Shown here piece after piece: positions 63,901-64,000 of a stretch of DNA of 64,000 nucleotides. The notes below the pieces were generated by a model. It saw nothing but the letters and a program-made list of their open reading frames with translations, searched no databases and was not told the DNA's origin. The DNA lies in assembly GCF_963921235.1 (NCBI RefSeq), contig NC_086109.1, positions 20,090,001 through 20,154,000 on the forward strand, given 5' to 3'. Source of the stretch: Mobula hypostoma. Taxonomy: Eukaryota. Each line of letters opens with the position of its first letter. Positions within the stretch are counted from its first letter, which is position 1. A program made the translations under genes and the position numbers.

Positions 63901-64000
63901 CCCTCCTTGCCACCACTCCAAGCCCACTGCCAACATCAAGAGTGCCAACTTACCATAGGGATTGTAACATCATGTCCTAGTAGCTCTACTGGGAATTGAA

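Noticed and set aside
1..64000. CRISPR arrays, operons or other prokaryotic systems
   Set aside because: No regularly spaced repeat-spacer array or gene-dense region; the sequence is vertebrate intronic/intergenic DNA

Overview
This is repeat-rich vertebrate genomic DNA. The mix of CR1/HER1-like LINEs, V-SINE/HE1-like SINEs, Deu-domain SINE relics, Rex1/Babar LINEs and abundant Penelope-like elements (PLEs) suggests a cartilaginous fish, probably a ray (inference). No host protein-coding exon could be identified. A CpG island at about 35.7-36.35 kb looks like the promoter/first exon of a minus-strand gene with a long intron running leftwards through the window. All recognisable ORFs are transposon-derived: CR1 RT, Rex1-like RT, a PLE GIY-YIG endonuclease, a Tc1 HTH and a HERO-like restriction-like endonuclease. 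The main observations are: (1) about ten PLE terminal repeats carrying a minimal type-I hammerhead ribozyme motif, including a retrozyme-like tandem pair about 363 nt apart; (2) two young CR1 subfamilies fused 5'-to-5' inside one older element; (3) multi-level nested transposons, one of them a hAT element that appears to have used a cryptic end; (4) a CR1 tail joined to about 740 bp of unknown sequence; (5) a local duplication of a Deu-SINE relic 13 kb apart. Family names come from visual motif recognition, not database searches, and boundaries without a TSD/TIR are approximate.
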